A stretch of 64,000 nucleotides of DNA, taken from an uncultured Candidatus Saccharibacteria bacterium (GTDB lineage Bacteria; Patescibacteriota; Minisyncoccia; Phycocordibacterales; UBA9973). The DNA lies in contig CAYYNN010000002.1 of the NCBI GenBank assembly GCA_964473175.1, positions 4,563 through 68,562 of the forward strand. Direction: 5' to 3'. Positions 20,401-29,270 of this stretch are shown in pieces (within the stretch, counting starts at the first letter, position 1; each line of letters opens with the position of its first letter). A model generated the notes under the pieces. It made no database searches and had not been told where the DNA came from. It saw nothing but the letters and a program-made list of their open reading frames with translations. Position numbers and translations under genes: made by a program.

Positions 20401-20938
20401 AATACCTGTACTTGCGCCAGCAGTAGGGACTTTATTAGGGGGAGTATTTGCAAAAGAATTAGCAGACGATCTTATAGACAATGCTACAGGATCTAGATCT
20501 CGTGCAATAAAAGCAATCATAAAAAAGGCAACGGCTGCTCCAGGAACTGGAAACACACTAGTCGATCTCGAAGCTCGACTTCAAAAACACAAAGACTCTG
20601 CAGTGGACGCAATCAACGAATCACTTAAGACTGCTTACGACTCATACGACAAAATTTTACCAGCAGAGTCTAAAAGGGGGATATTAAAAAGGATTGCGAT
20701 GCTTGATGAAGATATAGAAAATTTTACAGAAGAGATTAAGACTTTAACAGGTGATAAAAAGATTGAGGCCAGATACAATAAAGCCAAGGCTGAGGATGAG
20801 CGTACAAATCTTCGAAATATTGAAGAAAAACTTGCCCGTGCACAAAAAGATCTTGATGAGAAAAAAGACCGTGAGAATGACAAAGAAGAGAGGAAGAAAG
20901 AATCAAATAAGCCTAAAACTAAAGAGCCTAGTAAATAA
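17480..20938 (+). CDS. Large polytopic membrane protein, VirB6/TrbL-like core with extracellular N-domain and coiled-coil C-tail
   Basis: GTG start with -10 box; TM cluster (GWQIVRDISNIFFI, ALLINFSLF, IFAPFAF, YALLAPIF); Gly/Ala-rich segment then a long charged tail; upstream of prgI/virB4-like genes. Confidence 0.7.
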   Translation: MDSLSVRRFIFRIKKNLSRISKTALFAFVFLILLGGNISQVFADDAFNEYKYLFNTANSSIPITVGVNTNTFAKKSWMVDGQNISGIWMKYSYTFGSETGDKNAEYTWDHIDALNGSEIFIVRSCDTGTTDNCIYSKIPYTQYGYGTDTNIIFRARASAYFANQTVDIKASQWVTSSDSSIVPDFLTKPAQSVSIWYCASKPNHAVIAGGDDRPEPKDAADSANDPAIQKFGSLCDGRTYFKINQVDGLKPVSAQIESQTQATTTNEASGGAGGAKAEGEGNDLPSCSFTGGIFSAGSFMGCIARVVYYVVYWPIAWFASLMGNLFDFFLSYSLSDSSYRAEFAIRGWQIVRDISNIFFIVILVWTGLSTVFNTGTNMKKVVPNLILNALLINFSLFGTRVIIDISNIVARVFYNTMQVCEGKCVDANNDGVQDNPAIGAGKSKALSQKIVSAFNPQKIFDTSVIDSQRAVKNVTQSKIADSDSEVAGYYIVVTIIAAAILFGIAMMFWRVAFFFLGRVIGLYVAMIFAPFAFLGRGGLPLVSGIKELSWDSWLSDLTKYALLAPIFVFFLYIIYSFLETNFITVYTGVVGNTFFETVIYIAVPMLIVYFMVKQGVTIAENYAGKIGKQVQEGAMKVIGSGVGLAAGTAAFAGRNIIGRGLGAIGKQKVSYTDKDGKEIETTRAAQWAANSNNSFFARRWNNTYSASQTGSWDARNVNVAGKSAEDRLFKGLGLSDNISGKLGIGKEKALGKDGKAGGNVMINKKRDEEKQKEIESRIQTAHLSDEDAKAAGERYKNEKIKAFADQHWTEHVDVDDIALNSKAYRDLKTKEEQIQKDLVAAKAANLPGATAIHEQSLADNKTAQAQTLQKEKDTAKDTKEKDQAAFQQLKLQAVDQITKDNKRNESEAFKDTVKEERDRLDKYGKIKDNKSFTNMMRAEYVEDLQNGSFWGEFTKSGFGSAVSKTAIGSILGTLIPVLAPAVGTLLGGVFAKELADDLIDNATGSRSRAIKAIIKKATAAPGTGNTLVDLEARLQKHKDSAVDAINESLKTAYDSYDKILPAESKRGILKRIAMLDEDIENFTEEIKTLTGDKKIEARYNKAKAEDERTNLRNIEEKLARAQKDLDEKKDRENDKEERKKESNKPKTKEPSK

Positions 20939-20940
20939 TT

Positions 20941-21471
20941 ATGACAGATCAAAACAACACAAAACAAGAAGAGGATTTTGATAAAGCACTTATTGAAGTG
21001 CCTGAAGAAGTCAGGGAATTTATGTGGAGTGATGCATATACTTACATACTCGATGTAGCACAGAAAGCACTTTCATTAACTGATTCGGAAAAAGCAGCGA
21101 TGAGGGTCACTTCTTACAATCTACTATTGCGTATTACTGATATGGAAACGGAGAGTAAAAATATGCTTTCCTCAGAAATAGATCCGGAGAAAATAACAAA
21201 GATACTTTATACAATTCATACTCAAATATTAACTGCTGCAAAAAATATTATGAAATATGATCAATATATTGACGATGAGATTGCATCAAATGAGGGAGCA
21301 ACCGCCCCAACTCCATCCGACATGCTTGCACGTCTCAACCAAACCTTCATAAAGCCGACAACGCTAAGCTCTACCAAGCGCGATCTCAGTAATGAGGGTA
21401 TTAAAAGTATCGATACCGTCCCAAAAAGCTCATCATCTATAGACCCCTATAGAGAACTTCCTGATAAATAA
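20941..21471 (+). CDS. Hypothetical cytoplasmic protein with C-terminal DPYRE motif
   Basis: 176-aa ORF 2 nt after the VirB6-like gene; ends DPYRELPDK. Confidence 0.7.
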   Translation: MTDQNNTKQEEDFDKALIEVPEEVREFMWSDAYTYILDVAQKALSLTDSEKAAMRVTSYNLLLRITDMETESKNMLSSEIDPEKITKILYTIHTQILTAAKNIMKYDQYIDDEIASNEGATAPTPSDMLARLNQTFIKPTTLSSTKRDLSNEGIKSIDTVPKSSSSIDPYRELPDK

Positions 21472-21506
21472 AAGGGTAATGAAAAAATAACTGCTATACT
21501 TTACTC

Positions 21507-21911
21507 ATGCAGTTCAAGGTTCCACAATTCATCGACATTGAAGACAAAGTATTTGGACCATTTACGTTCCGGCAGTTCGTATACCTCGCTGGTGGGGCAG
21601 GGTTGGTATACCTCTCACTAAAACTACTTCCACTTCTCATTGCATTGATATTCGTTCCGATATTTGGAGGACTCGCACTTGCGCTCACTTTTTTCAAATA
21701 CAACGACAAGCCTTTTATCAATGTCCTAGAATCCTTCATACGGTTTTATTCACGATCTCGTCTCTACCTCTGGCACAAAAAAGAAACCAAAGCGTCGAGC
21801 AAGATAGTACCCGAAGCAAGAGTCAGTGCAGAGCGTGCTACACTGACGGAGAGTAAGCTCAAGACACTTTCATGGAGTCTTGATGTGATTGACCCCAATA
21901 ATAGTAAATAG
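21507..21911 (+). CDS. PrgI-family (VirB3-like) membrane protein
   Basis: FKVPQFIDIEDKVFGPFTFRQF followed by two TM helices; precedes VirB4-like genes. Confidence 0.85.
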   Translation: MQFKVPQFIDIEDKVFGPFTFRQFVYLAGGAGLVYLSLKLLPLLIALIFVPIFGGLALALTFFKYNDKPFINVLESFIRFYSRSRLYLWHKKETKASSKIVPEARVSAERATLTESKLKTLSWSLDVIDPNNSK

Positions 21912-21928
21912 AACAAACAGTCTCAACC

Positions 21929-22564
21929 ATGGCTACCATCGGCACACCCGCTCAACAATTCGTTCCAGTCAAAGAAGTACGCGACGGCATCATCGTTATG
22001 AAAGACGGTTCCCTCGCTATGGCAATACTTGTTTCATCGGTTAACTTGTCGCTCAAAAGCTTTGATGAACAGCGTGCAACGTTGATGCAGTTTCAAAACT
22101 TCCTCAATACACTGGATTTCCCGATACAAATAGTTATTCAGTCTCGTCGATATGACATTCGACCCTACATTTTGACCCTGCAAAACCGCCTCAAGGAGCA
22201 AACAGAGTCGCTCTTGCAGGTGCAAACACGCGAATACATTCAGTTCATCCAAAGTTTTACTGACCAAGTCAACATCATGCGCAAAAACTTCTTTGTGGTT
22301 ATTCCATACATTCCGCCGATCCTCAACCAACAAAGCGGTATCGGCAAGATCTTTTCATTTTTAAACAAAACAAATACTGCGACACAGTCCGTGATCGAGT
22401 TTGAGCAACAGCGTACACAACTTGAAGAAAGAGTTAACGTGGTTGAGCAAGGGCTTTCTCGTGTCGGTCTTCGTGTTGCACAACTTGGAACTGAAGAGGT
22501 GATTGAGTTGCTCTACAAAACATTTAACCCAGGAGAAAGTACGTCACAAGCAAAAGCACAATAA
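21929..22564 (+). CDS. Protein resembling the non-catalytic N-terminal part of VirB4/TraE
   Basis: VSSVNLSLKSFDEQ...FQNFLNTLDFPIQIVIQSR...FFVVIPY; no Walker motifs. Confidence 0.65.
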   Translation: MATIGTPAQQFVPVKEVRDGIIVMKDGSLAMAILVSSVNLSLKSFDEQRATLMQFQNFLNTLDFPIQIVIQSRRYDIRPYILTLQNRLKEQTESLLQVQTREYIQFIQSFTDQVNIMRKNFFVVIPYIPPILNQQSGIGKIFSFLNKTNTATQSVIEFEQQRTQLEERVNVVEQGLSRVGLRVAQLGTEEVIELLYKTFNPGESTSQAKAQ

Positions 22565-22606
22565 TACTCACACCAAATGATAATAGTATTGTATACTGCG
22601 TAGGCA

Positions 22607-24421
22607 ATGGCACTCTTTGGTTCAAACAAAAAAAAGGAAGACAAGCTGTTACCGATCGCACCGTCACAAGTGTATGAATGGGCAACAATGGAGCTCGCTG
22701 ATAAAATAGCGCCTTCAGCTATCGAAATCACTCCGAAGTCGATGCGTATCGGCGACAAGATCATCCGAACTTTTTTCGTTATTTCATATCCGAGATTTCT
22801 CACTGACAACTGGCTGACTCCTATCATCAACCTGGACAAGATTTTTGATGTTGCTATTTACGTCAACCCTATTGAAACAGCAGAACTGTTGAAGCACTTC
22901 CAAAAAAAGATCGCTGAAGTTGAGAGTCAAATCATCGTCAGACAACAAAAAGGTGTTGTTCGTGATCCGATGCTCGATACTGCATACCAAGACCTTGAAG
23001 AACTTCGTGACAACCTCACCCAAGCGCAGGACAAAATGTTCAATATTGGCTTCTATATCTCTATCTATGCCGATAACGAGAACGATCTCTTTCGAACTGA
23101 AAGTGAGATCAAAAGTATGCTTGAGAGCAAGATGATCTATATCAAACCTGCTCTTTTCCAAGAAGAGGATGGGTTCAAAACAGTAACACCTCTAGGTACT
23201 GACAAACTCGGTATTACCCAAAAGCTAAACTCTGAACCGATATCATCGATGTTTCCGTTCGTGTCTTTTGATCTGACAGGGGATACTGGGATTTTGTATG
23301 GGGTTAACCGCCACAACTCTTCTCTGGTTATCTTTGACCGGTTTTCTCTCGAGAACTACAACTCCATCATTTTTGCCAAGTCTGGTGCCGGCAAATCATA
23401 TGCGACAAAGCTCGAGATTATCCGTACACTCATGTTTGATACAGATGTGATTGTTATTGACCCAGAACGAGAGTATGAATATTTGGCGGAAGCAATCGGA
23501 GGCAGGTATTTCAATATTTCACTTTCGTCTGACAACCACATCAACCCCTTTGATTTGCCTATACCTCGAGTTGATGAGTCACCTGCAGATGTACTTCGCT
23601 CCAACATCATTAACCTCGTTGGACTATTTCGTATTATGCTTGGAGGACTTTCTCCAGAAGAAGACTCTATTGTTGACCGCGCGATCACTGAAACATATTC
23701 ACTCAAAGATATTACGCCTGAAAGCGACTTCACTTCTATCGAACCCCCACTTCTTTCTGACTTTGAAATGGTCCTTTCGGGAATGGAGGGGACAGAATCG
23801 GTATTGCAGCGTCTCACCAAATACACTCATGGCTCATGGGCAACATTCATCAACCAACCAACGAACGTAGATATCAACAAGAAATTCGTTGTGTTCTCAG
23901 TGCGAGATATGGAGGATGATCTCAAACCAGCTGCAATGTACATTGTGACGCACTTTATATGGAATGCGGTTCGCAAAGAGCTCAAGAAACGGTTGCTCGT
24001 CGTCGATGAGGCGTGGTGGATGATGAAATCAGATGATACTGCATCATTCTTGTACTCTATTGCAAAGCGAGGGCGTAAATACTATCTCGGGCTGTGTACC
24101 ATCACGCAAGACGTGGGGGACTTCATGAAGAGTCCGTATGGTGTCCCTATCGTGACCAACTCATCTATTCAACTCTTGCTCAAGCAGTCTCCGTCTACTA
24201 TGGACGTCCTCCAGAAGACGTTCAACCTTACTGACGAAGAAAAATTTCTCCTTTTAGAAAGTGGTGTAGGGGAGGGTATATTCTTTGCGGGACTCAAACA
24301 CGTCGCAATCAAGATTATTGCAAGTTATACCGAAGATCAGATCATTACTTCTGACCCGTCACAGGTTATTTCTATTCGTAGTGCAAAAAAAGAATTTAGT
24401 GAACAAAATAAACGTTCATAG
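22607..24421 (+). CDS. virB4: VirB4-like (TraC/TraE) secretion ATPase
   Basis: Walker A AKSGAGKS, IDPEREY, INPFD, Walker B LLVVDEAW, RGRKY, ITQDV. Confidence 0.88.
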   Translation: MALFGSNKKKEDKLLPIAPSQVYEWATMELADKIAPSAIEITPKSMRIGDKIIRTFFVISYPRFLTDNWLTPIINLDKIFDVAIYVNPIETAELLKHFQKKIAEVESQIIVRQQKGVVRDPMLDTAYQDLEELRDNLTQAQDKMFNIGFYISIYADNENDLFRTESEIKSMLESKMIYIKPALFQEEDGFKTVTPLGTDKLGITQKLNSEPISSMFPFVSFDLTGDTGILYGVNRHNSSLVIFDRFSLENYNSIIFAKSGAGKSYATKLEIIRTLMFDTDVIVIDPEREYEYLAEAIGGRYFNISLSSDNHINPFDLPIPRVDESPADVLRSNIINLVGLFRIMLGGLSPEEDSIVDRAITETYSLKDITPESDFTSIEPPLLSDFEMVLSGMEGTESVLQRLTKYTHGSWATFINQPTNVDINKKFVVFSVRDMEDDLKPAAMYIVTHFIWNAVRKELKKRLLVVDEAWWMMKSDDTASFLYSIAKRGRKYYLGLCTITQDVGDFMKSPYGVPIVTNSSIQLLLKQSPSTMDVLQKTFNLTDEEKFLLLESGVGEGIFFAGLKHVAIKIIASYTEDQIITSDPSQVISIRSAKKEFSEQNKRS

Positions 24422-24437
24422 TGCTATACTAGTACCT

Positions 24438-25385
24438 ATGAAACGTGTATTCACGCTCTTGTTTCTTATAGTCATATTCTCGAGTGCACCATATACTGGC
24501 GCGCAAAGTATTACCGATGATATTTCGGTTGATATTATTCCACTTAACCCGGCCCCCGGTGCAATAGTGACACTCCGAGCAAACAGTTACAGTATGGACT
24601 TGAGTCAAGCAAGCCTCTCATGGACCTACAACAACGTTAGCATTGGTAAAGGAACAGGTAAAACAACGGTTAGTATTGTTGCTCCCGCAAGTGGCGCCAC
24701 TGGAGTTATTTCTGTTAGTGCGTCTGGCTCAGGAAGCACAGCGTCTACGAGTATTGTTTTGAGACCAGGAAGTGTTGATGTCCTCTGGGAAGCGGTAGAT
24801 GCATATACTCCTCCGTTTTATAAAGGCAAAGCACTCCTACCGGTCAACGGGTTGATCCGCTATGTCGCAATGCCGGCAACATCTGCACCCAAAACACTGA
24901 CATATACATGGTCACGCAACAGTTCTGTATTACCTGATGAATCTGGTTATAACAAATCAAGTCTTCTCATCAAGCATAGTGAGTTCAACCCTGTAGAAAG
25001 TGTCACTGTTGCGATTTCTGGTGGATCATATGCTGGTAACAGCACTATCAATGTCCGACCCATAACATCTCCAAGTATTGTGGCGTATCAAAACAGGGAA
25101 GGGTTTGTCGACTACACTACAGGGTACAGTAGTGTGATTCCATTTACCCAGAGTGGTATGGTGCTTCACTTTGAACCATACTATTTCTCTATTGCGCGCA
25201 CGCTGCTCAGTGATCTTTCTTATGATCTCACTATTGATGGACAGTCAGTCAGTCCATCAAAACCAAATGAAGTTGGTCTTTCTCGACCGTCTAGGCCCGG
25301 ACAAAGTACCATCAACCTCGCGATAACAACCACTGCGTACAGCTTGCAACATGCAGAAAAAGCCCTTACCCTCAATTTCAATTAA
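24438..25385 (+). CDS. Secreted Ig-like/beta-rich hypothetical protein
   Basis: Signal peptide, Ser/Thr-rich beta-strand pattern, WEA.D.YTPPFYKGKAL motif. Confidence 0.75.
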   Translation: MKRVFTLLFLIVIFSSAPYTGAQSITDDISVDIIPLNPAPGAIVTLRANSYSMDLSQASLSWTYNNVSIGKGTGKTTVSIVAPASGATGVISVSASGSGSTASTSIVLRPGSVDVLWEAVDAYTPPFYKGKALLPVNGLIRYVAMPATSAPKTLTYTWSRNSSVLPDESGYNKSSLLIKHSEFNPVESVTVAISGGSYAGNSTINVRPITSPSIVAYQNREGFVDYTTGYSSVIPFTQSGMVLHFEPYYFSIARTLLSDLSYDLTIDGQSVSPSKPNEVGLSRPSRPGQSTINLAITTTAYSLQHAEKALTLNFN

Positions 25386-25386
25386 T

Positions 25387-27228
25387 ATGACTACCGTTTT
25401 AAAATCATTTTTTTTCATACTTTTCTTTACACTTTTGGTCATACCAGTATCCAAAACATTTGCCGCACCACCATACCCATTTACCGCAACCATAAATGGT
25501 AACAGTATCGTTGCAAAAATGACCAATGCTCCTGCTGATGCGACACAATATCGCCTCTACAACGGAAACACTCCTGTCGCATCCAACGACCTTGTTGGTC
25601 CGGATACGAGTATCCAAACACAAACAAATGGTATCGTTACTTGGACTATTAGTGGTCTTGGGTTTGTAAACGGTGTTTACACCTTGCATGTTGAAAAAGT
25701 CCCGGCAGTTGGACAAATTACCGTATTTGGCGGCACCAACATTGTAACCGCCGATGTATCAGTCACCGTCAACACAAGTACTACAGACTTTTTCCTCTGG
25801 CCCATGAACGCGGTCAGTGCAACAGGACAAGGTATTGTCTTGGCAGGTAAAATAGATACATCACAATACCCTGCGACGAATGGTCTACAGGTTAAAATAC
25901 AGTATTCAACATCCGCTAACCCTTCAGGAGGTACAGAGTTGGTTGCCCACAGCACACTTGGGTCAGGTAGTACCGAAGGGGTGGCATCAGATGGGTCATA
26001 CTATTTTGAACTGAACTCACTGACACCAAAAACAAAGTATTACTATCGTCAAACTATCACTGCTACAGCAACCAACACGGTGCTGAGCACCAAAGACCTC
26101 TATTTCAATAGTACCGATGGGTATGTTCCCTCAGGGACTCTCCAGCAAGAAGAAGTGGAGGCAGATCGTACATATCATCTCCTTGCTCCATGGCCAGGAC
26201 TTTCCAAACTCTATGACCCAGCACTCTGTCAGGAGAAAAAAGATGCGGGAGAAATTCCAGTGAATTCTGTGTGTGACGTGAACGGCTTCATCAACTTTGC
26301 ATTCAAAACATTGATCGGACTCACTGCGGTTGTGCTTGTCCTCCGATTGATGTTTGAAGGCTACCAATACATGGTCACTGATGTCCCATTTCTCAAAGCA
26401 TCCGCAAAGGGGAGCTTCTTTTCTGCATTGATGGGCTTGTTGCTTGCACTCGGGTCATATGTGATTCTCAATACCGTGAACCCAAAGTTGGTGGATAACA
26501 AGTTTAATATTGCGGGAGTGAATGTGGGGGTTGAATTTACAGAATTTGATGCAGCAACATTCCAATCTGTTTCAGGTAGGCCTATAAAAGCAAAAGCTGA
26601 GTTACTTGCTATAGTAAAATCGACTGCTCAATCAAAAAATATTGATTCTTGCATCGTTCAAGCAATCATTCAACATGAAAGTCAGTGGAAAGAAAATGCT
26701 GTTGGGTGTGACGAAAATGTGAAAAGTAACGGAGTTCCATCCCGAACTGCATTTGTACAATCTGGAGTTACACTATCGGGAACTACTTTTACTCCAACCT
26801 CTGCCACTTCTTCAGTCACAAATGATAGCCTGGTTCCTGGTAAAAAATGTTATTTTGATGAAACTAAGCCAGGATTTAATTTAGACTGGAGATTTTCAAA
26901 AGGATTTGGTTTAGGGCAAACTACAATTTTCCCTTCAAACTACAATGAATCAAGTTGGTTTACTGATGTTAAACAAGGGGGTGTACTTTGGAACAATCGC
27001 TCTACTGTCCCTACTGCAAAAATTAAAGATCTCTTGCAAAATCCTGCTACTCAAGTTAATGCAATAATTACTATATATAAAAACAACGCAAGTACCTGCT
27101 TGACTGATATACAAAAATCTTTTGCTGCATATAACGGGGGAAGTTGCGGTACTACAAATGCTAATGCGTTAGCATATGGACGAAGTGTAAAGGCGACATA
27201 TGATCTCTGTAAGCAAAACGGTGGTTAA
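25387..27228 (+). CDS. Multidomain protein: Ig/FN3-like + T4SS-pilin-like hairpin + lytic transglycosylase-like domain
   Basis: Two-TM pilin-like segment (FINFAFKTLIGL...GYQYM...SALMGLLLALGSYVILNTVNP); C-terminal AIIQHES, GLGQ and AAYNGG motifs. Confidence 0.75.
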   Translation: MTTVLKSFFFILFFTLLVIPVSKTFAAPPYPFTATINGNSIVAKMTNAPADATQYRLYNGNTPVASNDLVGPDTSIQTQTNGIVTWTISGLGFVNGVYTLHVEKVPAVGQITVFGGTNIVTADVSVTVNTSTTDFFLWPMNAVSATGQGIVLAGKIDTSQYPATNGLQVKIQYSTSANPSGGTELVAHSTLGSGSTEGVASDGSYYFELNSLTPKTKYYYRQTITATATNTVLSTKDLYFNSTDGYVPSGTLQQEEVEADRTYHLLAPWPGLSKLYDPALCQEKKDAGEIPVNSVCDVNGFINFAFKTLIGLTAVVLVLRLMFEGYQYMVTDVPFLKASAKGSFFSALMGLLLALGSYVILNTVNPKLVDNKFNIAGVNVGVEFTEFDAATFQSVSGRPIKAKAELLAIVKSTAQSKNIDSCIVQAIIQHESQWKENAVGCDENVKSNGVPSRTAFVQSGVTLSGTTFTPTSATSSVTNDSLVPGKKCYFDETKPGFNLDWRFSKGFGLGQTTIFPSNYNESSWFTDVKQGGVLWNNRSTVPTAKIKDLLQNPATQVNAIITIYKNNASTCLTDIQKSFAAYNGGSCGTTNANALAYGRSVKATYDLCKQNGG

Positions 27229-27247
27229 ACTGTAGTACAATACACAT

Positions 27248-28513
27248 ATGCGAAAGTTGCTCATCATTATTTTATCTCTCATCGTGCTTTCAGGAGTTGG
27301 GTGGTACATATACGCCAAGATGCACCAGACTGCTCCAGGTGTACCATCTATCACTGATTTCACTTCCTTCTTTCCTACGGGTGATCAGACGAACCCTGGA
27401 GGTGTACCAGGTATCCTGCCAGGACTTCCTTCGACATCCACTACTGCAGAGATAGCGACGTCGAACTCTCCATTCAAACAGATCAGTCCAAACCCCGTAG
27501 CAGGTTTTACTATTTTTGACCGAAGCATCACTGTCGTAACGCCAGCTGATCCTACAGTACCCAAATCAAAACCAACACCACAAACCGTTCTCAAACATTT
27601 GTTGCGCTATGTCTCACGTACAAACGGCTATGTGTATGAAATAGAAGACGGCTCTATTCCACTACAAATCTCAAACGTCTATATTCCAAATATCTATGAA
27701 GCAGTGTTTGGCGACAAATATGAAACAGCAGTCCTTCGCTTCCTCAGAACAGACCAGCGCACGATTGCAACCTATGCGGTTCCTATTCCATCACCCAACC
27801 CTGACGGTACACGCACACAAAAGCCAGGGACATACTTGCCCGACAACCTTATCGCAGCGGTGTCCGCACCGGATGACAGCCAGGTGGCACGCATCATGAT
27901 CGACAAGAATGGATCACTTCTTTCAACATCAGCGACCGTCACTGGCAAAAAATCCGATATCCTATCAAACACTTTTAGAGAGTGGATATTGTCGTGGCCA
28001 AATGCCAAAAGTCTCTATCTCCAAACAAAAGCAAGTGCACAAGTGCCAGGGTATTTGTATCGAGTCGACACCAGTGACAAGAAACTACAAAAAGTACTTG
28101 GGGGTATTACTGGTCTAACAGCATCAGTGAGTCCATCAGGAACATATGTCTTGTATTCTCAAAGTACTGATACAGGATTTGTGACAAAACTATTTAATAC
28201 AAAAACCAACACCACAAAAGGTATCAGCTTGAACATTCTTCCCGAGAAATGTGCTTGGCTTAAAAATGAAGACCTCGTATGTGCAGGTAATACCGCCATA
28301 CCTAACGCAATATACCCCGATGCGTGGTACCAGGGAACAGTGGCATTTTCAGATCAGTTGTATCGTATTTATACAGGCTCTCTTATTTTTGATACTTTGT
28401 ATGACAATACCAGTCGGTCATACGATATGACATCGCTCATGGTTAATGAATCCACCAACACGGTGTATTTCATAGACAAACCAACGGGTTTACTCTGGCA
28501 GTTTTCTTATTAA
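27248..28513 (+). CDS. Membrane-anchored beta-propeller-like hypothetical protein
   Basis: N-terminal TM, Pro-rich linker, repeated SPSGTYVLY/APDDSQV-type blades, LPEKC.W, PDAWYQG. Confidence 0.7.
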   Translation: MRKLLIIILSLIVLSGVGWYIYAKMHQTAPGVPSITDFTSFFPTGDQTNPGGVPGILPGLPSTSTTAEIATSNSPFKQISPNPVAGFTIFDRSITVVTPADPTVPKSKPTPQTVLKHLLRYVSRTNGYVYEIEDGSIPLQISNVYIPNIYEAVFGDKYETAVLRFLRTDQRTIATYAVPIPSPNPDGTRTQKPGTYLPDNLIAAVSAPDDSQVARIMIDKNGSLLSTSATVTGKKSDILSNTFREWILSWPNAKSLYLQTKASAQVPGYLYRVDTSDKKLQKVLGGITGLTASVSPSGTYVLYSQSTDTGFVTKLFNTKTNTTKGISLNILPEKCAWLKNEDLVCAGNTAIPNAIYPDAWYQGTVAFSDQLYRIYTGSLIFDTLYDNTSRSYDMTSLMVNESTNTVYFIDKPTGLLWQFSY

Positions 28514-28520
28514 GTAGACC

Positions 28521-29225
28521 TTATAGTTTTCCGAGGGTTATTCTCTTTCGGAAATAGATCTCTTGAAGTATTGAGAATGTATTGGCAACTATCCAATAGA
28601 GCGCTACTGCTGCTGCGAGCTTTGTGGCAACAAAGATAATGATAAGAGGGAGAATGTATCGAGTCTGTACGGACATACTCTTGGCAAACTGATTTTGAAA
28701 TCCAGCATCGTTGCTCGCCGCAGGTTTTGGCTGGAGGAATGCCTGAATACCTTGGGTAACACCAGCAAGTATCGCAAACGGAAGAAATGGTTGTGATATA
28801 TCGATCAAACCTAAAAGAGTGTTCTTGAGACCTTCAGTACTCAAAAATGAATAGAGGTGTGTTGGTTGATCAACTCCAGCCTGGAATACAAAGTACAGTG
28901 CAAAAAGAATGGGGAGTTGAATGAGAAGGTAGAGACATCCTGAAAAAGGATTAATTTTCTCAGTTTTGTAGAGTGCAAAAGTTTCTTTTGCTTCTTCCTC
29001 TTTTGACAAACCTTTCGCCTTGATTGCAGCAATCTTGGGCTCAAGTGCACGCATTTTGTATTGTCCAACAATACTCTTCTTGGACAACGGCATCACAATA
29101 AAACGGATAATGACAGTGAGAATAATCACTGCAACACCAACATCACGAAAGGTGAGGTATTGAGCAATAAATATAAGCGCGTTATAAATAGGGTTGTAGA
29201 TGACAGTGTTCCAAAGGGTATGCAT
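28521..29225 (-). CDS. yidC: Membrane protein insertase YidC (short form)
   Basis: GVAVIILTVIIR, INPFSGCL..LIQLPILFALY, ALYWIVAN.FSILQ. Confidence 0.92.
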   Translation of the reverse strand: MHTLWNTVIYNPIYNALIFIAQYLTFRDVGVAVIILTVIIRFIVMPLSKKSIVGQYKMRALEPKIAAIKAKGLSKEEEAKETFALYKTEKINPFSGCLYLLIQLPILFALYFVFQAGVDQPTHLYSFLSTEGLKNTLLGLIDISQPFLPFAILAGVTQGIQAFLQPKPAASNDAGFQNQFAKSMSVQTRYILPLIIIFVATKLAAAVALYWIVANTFSILQEIYFRKRITLGKL

Positions 29226-29270
29226 CCGTCTATTGTACTGACTCCTTCAAAAATGGCAATTTATCCGTCG

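Noticed and set aside
13167-28513. Integrative conjugative element
   Set aside because: No relaxase, coupling protein, integrase or boundary repeats; flanked by rsmA and yidC and shares the core promoter style
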